NCBI GenBank assembly: GCA_963664435.2
Contig: CAXXKM010000001.1
Coordinates: 1,056,001 to 1,120,000 of the forward strand
DNA from: Longimicrobiales bacterium
Lineage (GTDB): Bacteria > Gemmatimonadota > Gemmatimonadetes > Longimicrobiales > Gaopeijiaceae
DNA length: 64,000 bases
Direction: 5' to 3'
Part shown: piece after piece, positions 38,658-46,915 of the stretch
Numbering within the stretch: position 1 is the first letter of the stretch
Layout of the letters: every line of letters begins with the position of its first letter
Made by a program: the position numbers and the translations under genes
Notes under the pieces: generated by a model
Told to the model about the DNA's origin: nothing
The model's input: the letters and a program-made list of their open reading frames with translations, nothing else
Databases searched by the model: none

Positions 38658-39330
38658 TCGGACCCGCCAGCGCGTTGGCGCGCAGATTCAAGGACGTCAG
38701 GCCCGAGAGACGCCCCAGTTCCGACGGGATCGTCCCCCGCAGGCCGTGCGACACCCACTCCCCGGTCTCCCCGTCCTGGCGGCCGCCGAGGTCCAGGCGG
38801 ACGACCCGGCCGAAGGCGTCCGTCTCCACCCCGCGCCAATCCTCCAGCGGCCCGTCGGTCAGCCAGTTCTCGTCGTCGGCCCAGTTCGGCCCGTCCGTCG
38901 CCGCGTGGAGCGCGGCCAGCGGCGCCCGGTCCCCACTCTCCACCGCGACGGTCACCGTCGCCGTGCCCGCAACCGCACCGACCGTCGCCGCGACCGTGGT
39001 CGTCCCGTTGCCGGTCGCCGCCACCAAGCCCGACCCGCCGACCGTCGCGACCTCGGGGCGCACGCTCGTCCAGATCACCGCCACGCCGGACATCGCCCGC
39101 TCGTTGCCGTCGCGCACGTGCGCGCTGAGTTGCACGGTCGCGTCCGGCGCCGTGAGCGACGCGGCCGCAGGCGTGACCGTCACGCTGGCCACGCCAAGCG
39201 TCTCGGAGGGAGGGCGCGTTGCGTCGTCGCCGCACCCCGACGACGCACACGCCGCGACCGCGCAGATCGCCAACAACGGGACGCGAATCCGTGTGCGGAC
39301 GTTCGGGGCCCCATCGCTCTCTCGTTCCAT
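38646..39330 (-). pseudogene. 5' part of interrupted LRR lipoprotein: signal, Ig-like (Big_2) domain, LRR N-cap, first LRRs
   Basis: SSGCG lipobox-like, VASVTVTP...VATVGGSGLV, NWLTDGPLEDWRGV, ...NALAGPIPPE then unrelated element sequence. Confidence 0.85.
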
Positions 39331-39426
39331 GCCCGCGGGATGATTCGGCCCCGGCTCCACGACGGGCTCGGAGTTCGTTCGGCGGACCGACCGGGACCGG
39401 GTTGTTGTCGTCATTGCTGAATAGGG

Positions 39427-39464
39427 AGCAACCCCCCGCCCGGCGAACCGGACGGGGGGTTGCT
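39427..39464 (-). terminator. Hairpin downstream of the giant surface-protein gene
   Basis: AGCAACCCCCCG (39427-39438) / CGGGGGGTTGCT (39453-39464). Confidence 0.6.
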
Positions 39465-39501
39465 GCTGCCATCGGTCAGGCCGATGGGGTTGGAGGGTGG
39501 A

Positions 39502-42500
39502 TTAGCTGGGTGGAATGGCTGCCGGGGTGCCCTTCGCCCACGTGCCCCCGTTGTCCACCCTCGTATCGACGCGAAGCTGGCTCGCCTTCGTCAGGTTGGA
39601 CTGGCTGACTGTGTAGAGAAGGGCTGGAGCGTCATCGTCTACCCATCCGTCGGTTGCTGCGTTGGCAGGAAGGTTGAGGTCAAAGTCACTCGAGTTCCAC
39701 TTGCCCCAGTCGGATCCAGAGTCGGTTTCTGGGTCGGTGTCCCTCGATACGGTAGGCGCCGTGATGGTGCCAGCGACGACCCATTCCCATCTGTTCTCCG
39801 TGGTGGAGCCGGTCTCGACCTGGACATATAGCGCGATTCGGTGCTCCAACTGCGGGCTGCCCGCTCCAGACCAGGAAGCTGTGATCACGTCTGTCACATC
39901 GGCGCCTCCTACGCCGCCCCCGATGTCGCGGTCCACCGTGACGCCCGAGGCACCCGAGGCCACGCCGGCAAGCTCTGCAGCGGCACTGACGGCGGCCGCG
40001 GCGTCGCGCGCGGTTCCATCTGCATCTACCACTGCGTTGCCGATCTTGACGTTGATCTCCCGGTAGTCATCATCGTCGTCTTCAGGAATGATGTACGTGG
40101 TAATCCGATCGTGCTTTACGGTGGTACCGGCGCTCGCCGTCCCGCGGCCGGCGGTACCGGCGGTGTTCGCACTAGTCCTCGTCCCGCGGATGGCGGGGGC
40201 CACGGTGGTGACGCCGCCCGAGGGCGCAGCAAAGGTGCTGCCGGTCGCGGTTGTCAAGGCGACGGTCGCATCATCCGCGGCCGTGTACGGGTTCGTGTTG
40301 CCGGCGCCGTCGTCGCCGGGTGCATTTCTGGTCTCGTAGTGCCACGTCACCACGATCGTGTCCGTAGGTTCTCCCTGGACGAGGCTGAATCCACGGGTGG
40401 CCGCGTCCGGTGTAATGGCGCTGGCCGGAACGGCCTCGCCTTCATGGGCGGCCCTTATCGTCACCCGCCTGACGCTCGCGATTCGGGGCTGGACGCTGTT
40501 TCCGGTGAACGTGCCGAACTGCAAGGTCTGGCCGGGGATGACGGCGATCGTGCCGCCGGGTCTGGTTGCCGGCGGATCGAACCAGGTATACCTCTCCGCG
40601 TCCCTCAGATTCAGGAAGTTCGGATGGGTGGGATCATAGTCGTCCCGAGGCGCGGCGCTGAGGGTGACGGTGCCGCTCAGGGTGGGCACCTTGAGGCTGA
40701 ACGTCCCGGTCTCCGTGGTTGTCACTTTAGTGCTACCCGACGTGGGAGCAGTCCAGGACGCCGTGACCGTAACCTCGGCGTGGGGCATGCCGCCTCCCGG
40801 ACCGGTCACCAGGCCAACAATCTCGGTGGCCGCGTAGCCTGTGAAGTCGATGCTCTGGCTCCCCCCGGCGATGGCCGAGGCCTGGCGGCTGGCGGGTATG
40901 AAGTGATAGCCGGTCTTACTCGGAGTCACGTCAACGAGTGGGTCATTGTTCGGCTGGATTTCGACGACCGCCGTGTAGGTGCCATCATCATCCGTCGTGA
41001 CCTTCCCTGATCCCTGCCCTGATCCCGCGTTGAGCGGGGCCTTGCCGTCCACCTTGATCTCCACGCCCTTGATCGGTGCGTTGGTACCGGCTTCCGTGAC
41101 CGTGCCGGTGATCGCGACGGTGTTGTTCGCGCCACTGAGGGAGATGTCGTGCCTCTCCACCGTGTTGGCGGCGAACGCGGGGGGGTGGGTTCCGGAGCCG
41201 GGGTTGTTAGTGGAATCCGCCTTGGCCGCCGGATATCCCGCCCTCTCCGTATTCACGAAGAGCTGTCCCCGCACGGCGCTGATGCCGGACACGATGTAGC
41301 GGCCCAGGTCGTCGGTCGTGGCCGTCATGCCGTTCACGGTCACGGTCACGTTCTCAAGGCCGACGCCGAGCGCGTTCCGCACGAAGCCGTAAAGGGTGGA
41401 GGTGGACGGTGTGACGTCGATGTGGACGTTCGTACCGTGGCCTCCCTGCCCAAGCGGGCTGAGCGCGTCTTCCGCCTTCATGGCGCCGACCATGCCCCGC
41501 CATCCGTCGGGAAGGCCGAGCTCGTAGGCGCCGGCCGCCATGGTTTCGAAGTCGTGATCGGTGCGCTCGTCGATGTCTGTCGTCGGGTCGTTGCTCGACG
41601 CAGTGGTGAAGGACCGTCCGACACCCGCGAGATTCTTGCCTTCGGCCGGTGTCAGGCTGACCTCGACCCCCGATTGACGCTTATCCCTGGCGTCGGTCGT
41701 ACTGAATCCGGCGCCCGACTTCCTGACTCCGTTCTTCGACACGTTCGCGGTCACATCGTGCGTGGTGACGACGGCGAACGAACCGCACTTGCCGAAGTCC
41801 TGGCCGGTGGGCTCGGTCTCCGTCAGCGGACAGAGCGTCACCGTGTGCCCCCAGCCGCCCATCGCGCCGAACGCACCGCCCATCACGCCGTTCTCGGCCA
41901 TGTTGCGGTAGGTGTCAAGCCCGTGGAGGTCAAGCAGCATGTAGCCGTCCATGGCGGTCGCATGAACGACAATGTCCAGGTCCGCCGGCAGGTGGGCGAA
42001 GGTGTATGCGCCCCTGCTGCCGCTCGTGTTCGCCCTGGAGTCCCAATCATCGCTCGAGATCGGACTGGTGAACCTGCCGTCGTTCCCGCTCGCCTGCCGG
42101 ACCTCGAGATCGACCAGCCCGGCTGCCCTGACGTCGCCACCCAGGACGCTGCCCGTGTAGCCGCGGACCTGGTCGCGCTCGTGGTGCACGTAGACCTTCA
42201 GCGTCTGGGTCGTGTAGGTCACCACGATCGGAGTGGCGTCCATGTTGCCAGCCAACTTGAGTCCGTTGTGCTCGTACATGCCGCCGGACGCCTCGTACAT
42301 CTCGCCGCCGTCCAGCTCGTCGTCCTGGTCCTCGGCGGCCGCAAAGGTGAAGACTGCGGGCAGGGCGTCGGGGGCCACGACGGTCGTGAACGCCGCGTTG
42401 CCGTCGTCGTCCAGCATCGTCGGCGCACCTGGGACCGCGTCTGCGCCGGACATGACGCTGATCTCCCAGCCAGCGAGCGCTTCGCCGCCACCGTAGTCGG

Positions 42501-44388
42501 TCATGACCGTGGCGCCGCTGACGTTCACGTCAACGTTCAGGTTGACGATGTCGGCGTCGTTGAGAACCGCAGGCGGATCCGCGCCCGCCGCCGGATGCAC
42601 AAACGACTGTGGATCCCACGTCACGGCCTGCATCTCGGCCGTCGGATCCACGAAGTAGTCGTCCGCAGCAACCATCATGTGGACCGTGTTGTCGCTGGTG
42701 CCGGCACGCGCAACCTTGATCGACGCATAGACGCCGGCCTCGCTGGCCTTGGTCTCCCCGCTGCCGACCATGGCGTTGTTCGCCCCGTAGAACGTCACGC
42801 TGGCGCCGGGAATCGGATCGCCGCGATACTCGCCGCCCTTCAGCGTGACCGCGACGTTGATCGTCGTGTGTGTGATGTCGAACGGAACGGCCTGCATCTT
42901 TTGCTCACCGACGTCGAGGTCGAAGGCGTAACCCACCCCCGGTCCGCCGTACGCGACATCGTTTGCCGCGAGCGCGGCTGCAACCGTGGCGTCGATCGGC
43001 ACGACCAGCTGGTAGGAGCCGGCACGCAGACCCGGGAACATGAACGAGCCATCCGGCCCGGTCGCGCTCAGCCGCTGGTCATTGACGCCCGGGCCCACCA
43101 GCGCCACCGGAACACCAGGTGCCGGCAACGGGTGCTCGCCCGCGTCCATCATGTCGTTCTTGTCCAGTTCGTCGAGGAACAGCATCCCCGAGACGCTCGC
43201 CGTGGTGGCGTGCGCACCCTCGAAGTTCACGATCACCGACTCGTCGTCGCCGACCGTCACGCTCGAGCTCATCCCATCGAACACGTAGGCATCGCCCATG
43301 ACCGCGATCGTGACCGTGTAGTCGCCCGCTGCCAGGCCCGCGAAGGCGTACTGGCCGCTGACGTCGGTCATCGTGCTCGCGTCGGCCGCGCCTGATAGCG
43401 TGACCGCGATGTCTCCGAGTCCCATGCCCTCGACGCTCACCCGGCCGCTGATGCCCGAGGTGCGGAGCAGGACGCCCGTGAACGACACCGTGCCGGTCTC
43501 GTCGAGATCCACGCTCACGTCCTGCGACGTGGCCGCAAACTCGTAATCGCGCGGGTCGAAGTCCGCGATCTCGACCCTGTAGTCACCGGGGCGAAGTTCC
43601 TCGAACCGGAACATGCCATCGCCGTCCGTCATCATCGTGTAGCTCTCGTCGGACGGACCGCCGGTCAGCGTAACCGTAATGCCGGCAAGCCCCTCGCCTT
43701 CGATGATCACCTGACCCTCGACCGCGGAGGTGCGGATGAAGTGGCCCGTGAAGTCGGCCTGGCCGACATCGCCCACGTCAACCTCGATCTCGACGCTCAC
43801 CGTCTCGAAGGAGATGTCCTCGGGATAGTCCGAGATCGTGACCGTGTAGGTGCCCGCGCGGAGTCCGGTGAAGGCGAAGCCGCCGCTCATGTCGGTCTCC
43901 ATGGTCTCGCCCATGGCGTGCTCGCCGCCGAGGGTGACCGTCACGCCAGCCAGCGTCTCGGGCTGACCGTCGCCGCCGCTCATCATGGCGTCTGCCGCAA
44001 CCACGTTGCCGACCACCGCGGAGGAGCGGACGTACTCGCCGGCGAAGTTGAGTTGGACGTTCTGACCATCGGTCGCGATGGTCGCGGACTGCGTCACCTG
44101 GGCGAACGTCGCATCCTCGGGGAAGCCGCTGATGGTGACCGTGTAGGTCCCGGCTTCCACGCCCGAGAAGGCGAAGCTGCCACCCGACCCCGTCGTCGTG
44201 GTCGCACCCGACGACAAGGTGGCGGTGATGCCGCTGGCGGCCGTGCCTTCAATCGTCACCGTCCCCGAGATGGTTCCCACGGGAGTGGGCGGCGGGGGCG
44301 GCTCCACAGGCGGTGGAGTGCCCTCGTCGCAGGCGGTGAAGGCCAAGGCCATCAGCGTAGCTGTGGCGAAGAGTCTGAGTCGATTCAT
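39502..44388 (-). CDS. Giant surface lipoprotein with tandem carboxypeptidase-regulatory/prealbumin-like beta-sandwich repeats
   Basis: Lipobox FTAC, RBS AGGAG; repeats ISGxVxxEG..L.G.TVTL.G...T...G.F.F.GL.AG.YTV. Confidence 0.88.
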   Translation of the reverse strand: MNRLRLFATATLMALAFTACDEGTPPPVEPPPPPTPVGTISGTVTIEGTAASGITATLSSGATTTTGSGGSFAFSGVEAGTYTVTISGFPEDATFAQVTQSATIATDGQNVQLNFAGEYVRSSAVVGNVVAADAMMSGGDGQPETLAGVTVTLGGEHAMGETMETDMSGGFAFTGLRAGTYTVTISDYPEDISFETVSVEIEVDVGDVGQADFTGHFIRTSAVEGQVIIEGEGLAGITVTLTGGPSDESYTMMTDGDGMFRFEELRPGDYRVEIADFDPRDYEFAATSQDVSVDLDETGTVSFTGVLLRTSGISGRVSVEGMGLGDIAVTLSGAADASTMTDVSGQYAFAGLAAGDYTVTIAVMGDAYVFDGMSSSVTVGDDESVIVNFEGAHATTASVSGMLFLDELDKNDMMDAGEHPLPAPGVPVALVGPGVNDQRLSATGPDGSFMFPGLRAGSYQLVVPIDATVAAALAANDVAYGGPGVGYAFDLDVGEQKMQAVPFDITHTTINVAVTLKGGEYRGDPIPGASVTFYGANNAMVGSGETKASEAGVYASIKVARAGTSDNTVHMMVAADDYFVDPTAEMQAVTWDPQSFVHPAAGADPPAVLNDADIVNLNVDVNVSGATVMTDYGGGEALAGWEISVMSGADAVPGAPTMLDDDGNAAFTTVVAPDALPAVFTFAAAEDQDDELDGGEMYEASGGMYEHNGLKLAGNMDATPIVVTYTTQTLKVYVHHERDQVRGYTGSVLGGDVRAAGLVDLEVRQASGNDGRFTSPISSDDWDSRANTSGSRGAYTFAHLPADLDIVVHATAMDGYMLLDLHGLDTYRNMAENGVMGGAFGAMGGWGHTVTLCPLTETEPTGQDFGKCGSFAVVTTHDVTANVSKNGVRKSGAGFSTTDARDKRQSGVEVSLTPAEGKNLAGVGRSFTTASSNDPTTDIDERTDHDFETMAAGAYELGLPDGWRGMVGAMKAEDALSPLGQGGHGTNVHIDVTPSTSTLYGFVRNALGVGLENVTVTVNGMTATTDDLGRYIVSGISAVRGQLFVNTERAGYPAAKADSTNNPGSGTHPPAFAANTVERHDISLSGANNTVAITGTVTEAGTNAPIKGVEIKVDGKAPLNAGSGQGSGKVTTDDDGTYTAVVEIQPNNDPLVDVTPSKTGYHFIPASRQASAIAGGSQSIDFTGYAATEIVGLVTGPGGGMPHAEVTVTASWTAPTSGSTKVTTTETGTFSLKVPTLSGTVTLSAAPRDDYDPTHPNFLNLRDAERYTWFDPPATRPGGTIAVIPGQTLQFGTFTGNSVQPRIASVRRVTIRAAHEGEAVPASAITPDAATRGFSLVQGEPTDTIVVTWHYETRNAPGDDGAGNTNPYTAADDATVALTTATGSTFAAPSGGVTTVAPAIRGTRTSANTAGTAGRGTASAGTTVKHDRITTYIIPEDDDDDYREINVKIGNAVVDADGTARDAAAAVSAAAELAGVASGASGVTVDRDIGGGVGGADVTDVITASWSGAGSPQLEHRIALYVQVETGSTTENRWEWVVAGTITAPTVSRDTDPETDSGSDWGKWNSSDFDLNLPANAATDGWVDDDAPALLYTVSQSNLTKASQLRVDTRVDNGGTWAKGTPAAIPPS

Positions 44389-44764
44389 GGAATCTCCTGA
44401 GTGATGGGAATGAATACCGGCCTGAAGCGGCTGGAGAGAGTCGCGTGCCCTCGGATAAGCAAAGGTGGTGCCAGTTTGGAAACCTTCATATTTCTCAAGC
44501 AGTTACGGACTATCCTTCTGCTCCACGGCACAGCCTCATCGGTGAAAATCCTCGGATAATCGAGGATCAACGCTGTTTTCTGAATATGACAAAAGCGATG
44601 GTTATACATCGGTATTGACCTACACTGTCCTCCCGCTTGTCGCATGCCGTGATCAGAAACCCGGCTCTCAAGATACCGGCTCACCTTCCGTCGTCATAGT
44701 GACAATAACGGGGATCGCAAAGGACACAAACGATGACGGCTACCCGGGCCGGACCCCTACTATA

Positions 44765-44791
44765 TGATAGGCGCCTATGATTTGATAGGCG
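44765..44791. promoter_or_regulatory. Direct repeat TGATAGGCG x2 with palindrome ATAGGCGCCTAT in AT-rich divergent intergenic region
   Basis: Copies 44765-44773 and 44783-44791; palindrome 44767-44778. Confidence 0.5.
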
Positions 44792-44898
44792 TGACAAAAT
44801 GGTGACTCTGCCCTACTGGTATTGTCGGGCTCACTAGTGGGCAAGGAAGTCGCCGCGATGGTCGCTCGCGCATCCTGCTCCCAGGGACGGCGTGGCGG

Positions 44899-45762
44899 AT
44901 GGAATCGGAACGAACTGTCTACTCGCTGTATTGCACGGACGACGATCTTGGAGACCGACTCGAGCGGGTGCTTCACGGTGTCGCCGTCCAGCGAGTGAGG
45001 TCGAGAAAGGCACTCGTGGCGGCGTCCGTGAGCACTCGGGCGGCGGTCGTCGGCATCACCGCGTGCTCCGATACCGAGATCGCATGGCTGCGGTCGGGCT
45101 TCGGGCTTCTGGGTCCGCCTTGCGTCGTGGTGGCGCGCCTCTCGGTGGGCTGCGTGCGACGATTGCAAGCGCTCCGTTCCGGCAGGGTGCGGGTCATCTG
45201 GGCGGACGAAGTGGAAAGCCGCCTCGTCGAGGTCCTGGAGGGCTTCGCGGGAACGCACCGGGGTCCGATGTGGCGGCTCGGCGTGAAGCTGCTCTCCGAT
45301 CACTCCTTCAGACCTTCACTCCGGGAGACCATCAGCCGGGTCTGCGGCCTGCACGACGATGTCGGGGACGCCCCGTTCATCCCGGCAAACTCGGTCGGCC
45401 GACTGGCGCGCCGCGTCGACCTGGCCCCTCCTACGCTGAGGCAATACTGGAGGGAGGACATGCCCCTCCGGTGCAGCCTGAAGGAATTCCTGGGCTGGGC
45501 GGTCATCCTCTGGGCCGTGCGCGCTCGCTCGCGGGACGGCTGGAACGCCATCGCCGACCGGGCGGGACTGCAGCGCCGCACCCTGCAGAGGAACTTCAAC
45601 CGGCTGGCTGGCTGTACGCTCGCGGCGGCGGCCGAGGATCCGGAGCAGGTCGTTCGGCGATTCAACGAATGGGTCGATTCGGTGTGGGAGCCCCACGCCG
45701 GCAACGGGCCCGGGAAATCCCATCCGGTTCCCGCGCGGGCAGCCGTCGAGCGGATATCGTGA
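44899..45762 (+). CDS. AraC-like double-HTH regulator with degenerate receiver-like N-terminus
   Basis: HTH1 SVGRLARRVDLAPPTLRQYW, HTH2 WNAIADRAGLQRRTLQRNFNRLAGCT. Confidence 0.7.
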   Translation: MESERTVYSLYCTDDDLGDRLERVLHGVAVQRVRSRKALVAASVSTRAAVVGITACSDTEIAWLRSGFGLLGPPCVVVARLSVGCVRRLQALRSGRVRVIWADEVESRLVEVLEGFAGTHRGPMWRLGVKLLSDHSFRPSLRETISRVCGLHDDVGDAPFIPANSVGRLARRVDLAPPTLRQYWREDMPLRCSLKEFLGWAVILWAVRARSRDGWNAIADRAGLQRRTLQRNFNRLAGCTLAAAAEDPEQVVRRFNEWVDSVWEPHAGNGPGKSHPVPARAAVERIS

Positions 45763-46805
45763 CCGTGGCCGGATCGACTTACCGGCGTTACGTCGGCTGG
45801 CGCTGCAGGCTCTATCCGAGTCCCTCACAGGACGCGGCGCTGCACCGATGCAGGAACGGCCTGCGCGAGCTCTCCAATGAACTGCTCGTCGCCTCCCAAC
45901 TCAGGTACGGGGAATCCGGACGGCGGCTCTCCCTGACCGAGATGCGCGCCTTCGCGCGGGACTGGAAGCGGCAGCCGGAGCACAGGGGGTTCCCCGCCAG
46001 CGCCACCTACCGCGTCGCCGACGATCTCGACCGCGCCTTCCGCACCTGGTTCAGCAAGCCCGGCAGACGTGGGCGAAGCGGGTTCCCCCAGCTGAAGGCC
46101 ATCGGGGGAGAGCCCGGCATCTACTTCAGCAACCAGGGCATCCGCATCGAGGGCAGCCGGGTGTGGCTGCCCAAGTACGGCTCGGTGCGCTGGAAGGGCG
46201 GGAGGCTGCCCCCCGGGAGACTCGCGGGACCGTCCGGACGCAAGACCCTCGGTCTGCTCTCCGGACGAGTCTGGCTGGACGCGGGAAACCGGTGGATGCT
46301 CTCCTGCCTGTTCGAGTGCGAGCCGCTCACCCCTTCCAGGGCGAGAACGGACAAGGCCGCGGTCCGACAACACGGCCGCGAAATCATGGTGTCGGTCGAC
46401 GGGGAATCCGTCCACGTGATCCGCGAGAGCAGGGCGCTCCGCAACGCCAGACGCCGCCTGGCAAGGCTCGAGCGGCGGCTGGAGCGATGCGAATTCAAGT
46501 CCGAAGGCCGCAAGCGCACCCTGGCTCTCATGCGCAACCAGGCGCGCAAGGTCCGGAACCACCAGGCGGATCTGCAGCACAAGGCCACGACCGGCGTCGT
46601 GCATGAAGCCCGCGAGATCGAAGTCGAAGGCGCGAGCTCGGAACTGCTGCGCCAACTCGAATACAAGGCGGAGTGGCACGGCCGCCGACTGAAGGTACGG
46701 CGAGGCCCGCCGGAACCGGGGACCGGCAATCCCCGACGCGCGCGGAGACCGGGGAGCCGGTCGCTGAAACGCGAATCGCGGACGCGAAGGTCGAAAGCCC
46801 TGTAG
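45759..46805 (+). CDS. TnpB (IS200/IS605/IS607 OrfB)-derived protein, predicted nuclease-dead
   Basis: RCRLYPSPSQ, DLDRAFRTWF, GFPQLK, VWLPKYGSVR, KVRNHQADLQHKATT, LLRQLEYKAEWHG; RuvC-I Asp absent, no zinc finger or RuvC-III; GTGA overlap with upstream stop. Confidence 0.85.
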   Translation: MTVAGSTYRRYVGWRCRLYPSPSQDAALHRCRNGLRELSNELLVASQLRYGESGRRLSLTEMRAFARDWKRQPEHRGFPASATYRVADDLDRAFRTWFSKPGRRGRSGFPQLKAIGGEPGIYFSNQGIRIEGSRVWLPKYGSVRWKGGRLPPGRLAGPSGRKTLGLLSGRVWLDAGNRWMLSCLFECEPLTPSRARTDKAAVRQHGREIMVSVDGESVHVIRESRALRNARRRLARLERRLERCEFKSEGRKRTLALMRNQARKVRNHQADLQHKATTGVVHEAREIEVEGASSELLRQLEYKAEWHGRRLKVRRGPPEPGTGNPRRARRPGSRSLKRESRTRRSKAL

Positions 46806-46850
46806 CCGTCTGCGAAGGCCGGAACGAATCAGGGGGGCCAGGCGATAGCC
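46717..46850 (+). ncRNA. Candidate omegaRNA-like scaffold overlapping the tnpB-like 3' end; limits uncertain
   Basis: Hairpins 46717-46735, 46747-46762, 46776-46815 and motif ACGCGCGCGGAGA...GCTGAAACGCGAA. Confidence 0.5.
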
Positions 46851-46915
46851 GACGCGAGGCCCGGGCGGGAACGAAACCACAGAGCTCGGTGCTACACGTC
46901 CGGATGGACACCGAG

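Noticed and set aside
44906..44914. CGGAACGAA match to 46820-46828 as guide target
   Set aside because: Only 9 nt; expected by chance given the number of positions compared
44892..45758. N-terminal 289 aa of ORF 44892..46805 as a large TnpB fusion
   Set aside because: Arg/Gly/Pro-rich alternative frame over the AraC-like gene; TnpB similarity starts only at GTG 45759
45759..46805. Active IS200/IS605 element or Cas12f CRISPR locus
   Set aside because: No transposase, no catalytic RuvC triad, no repeat-spacer array or cas genes nearby
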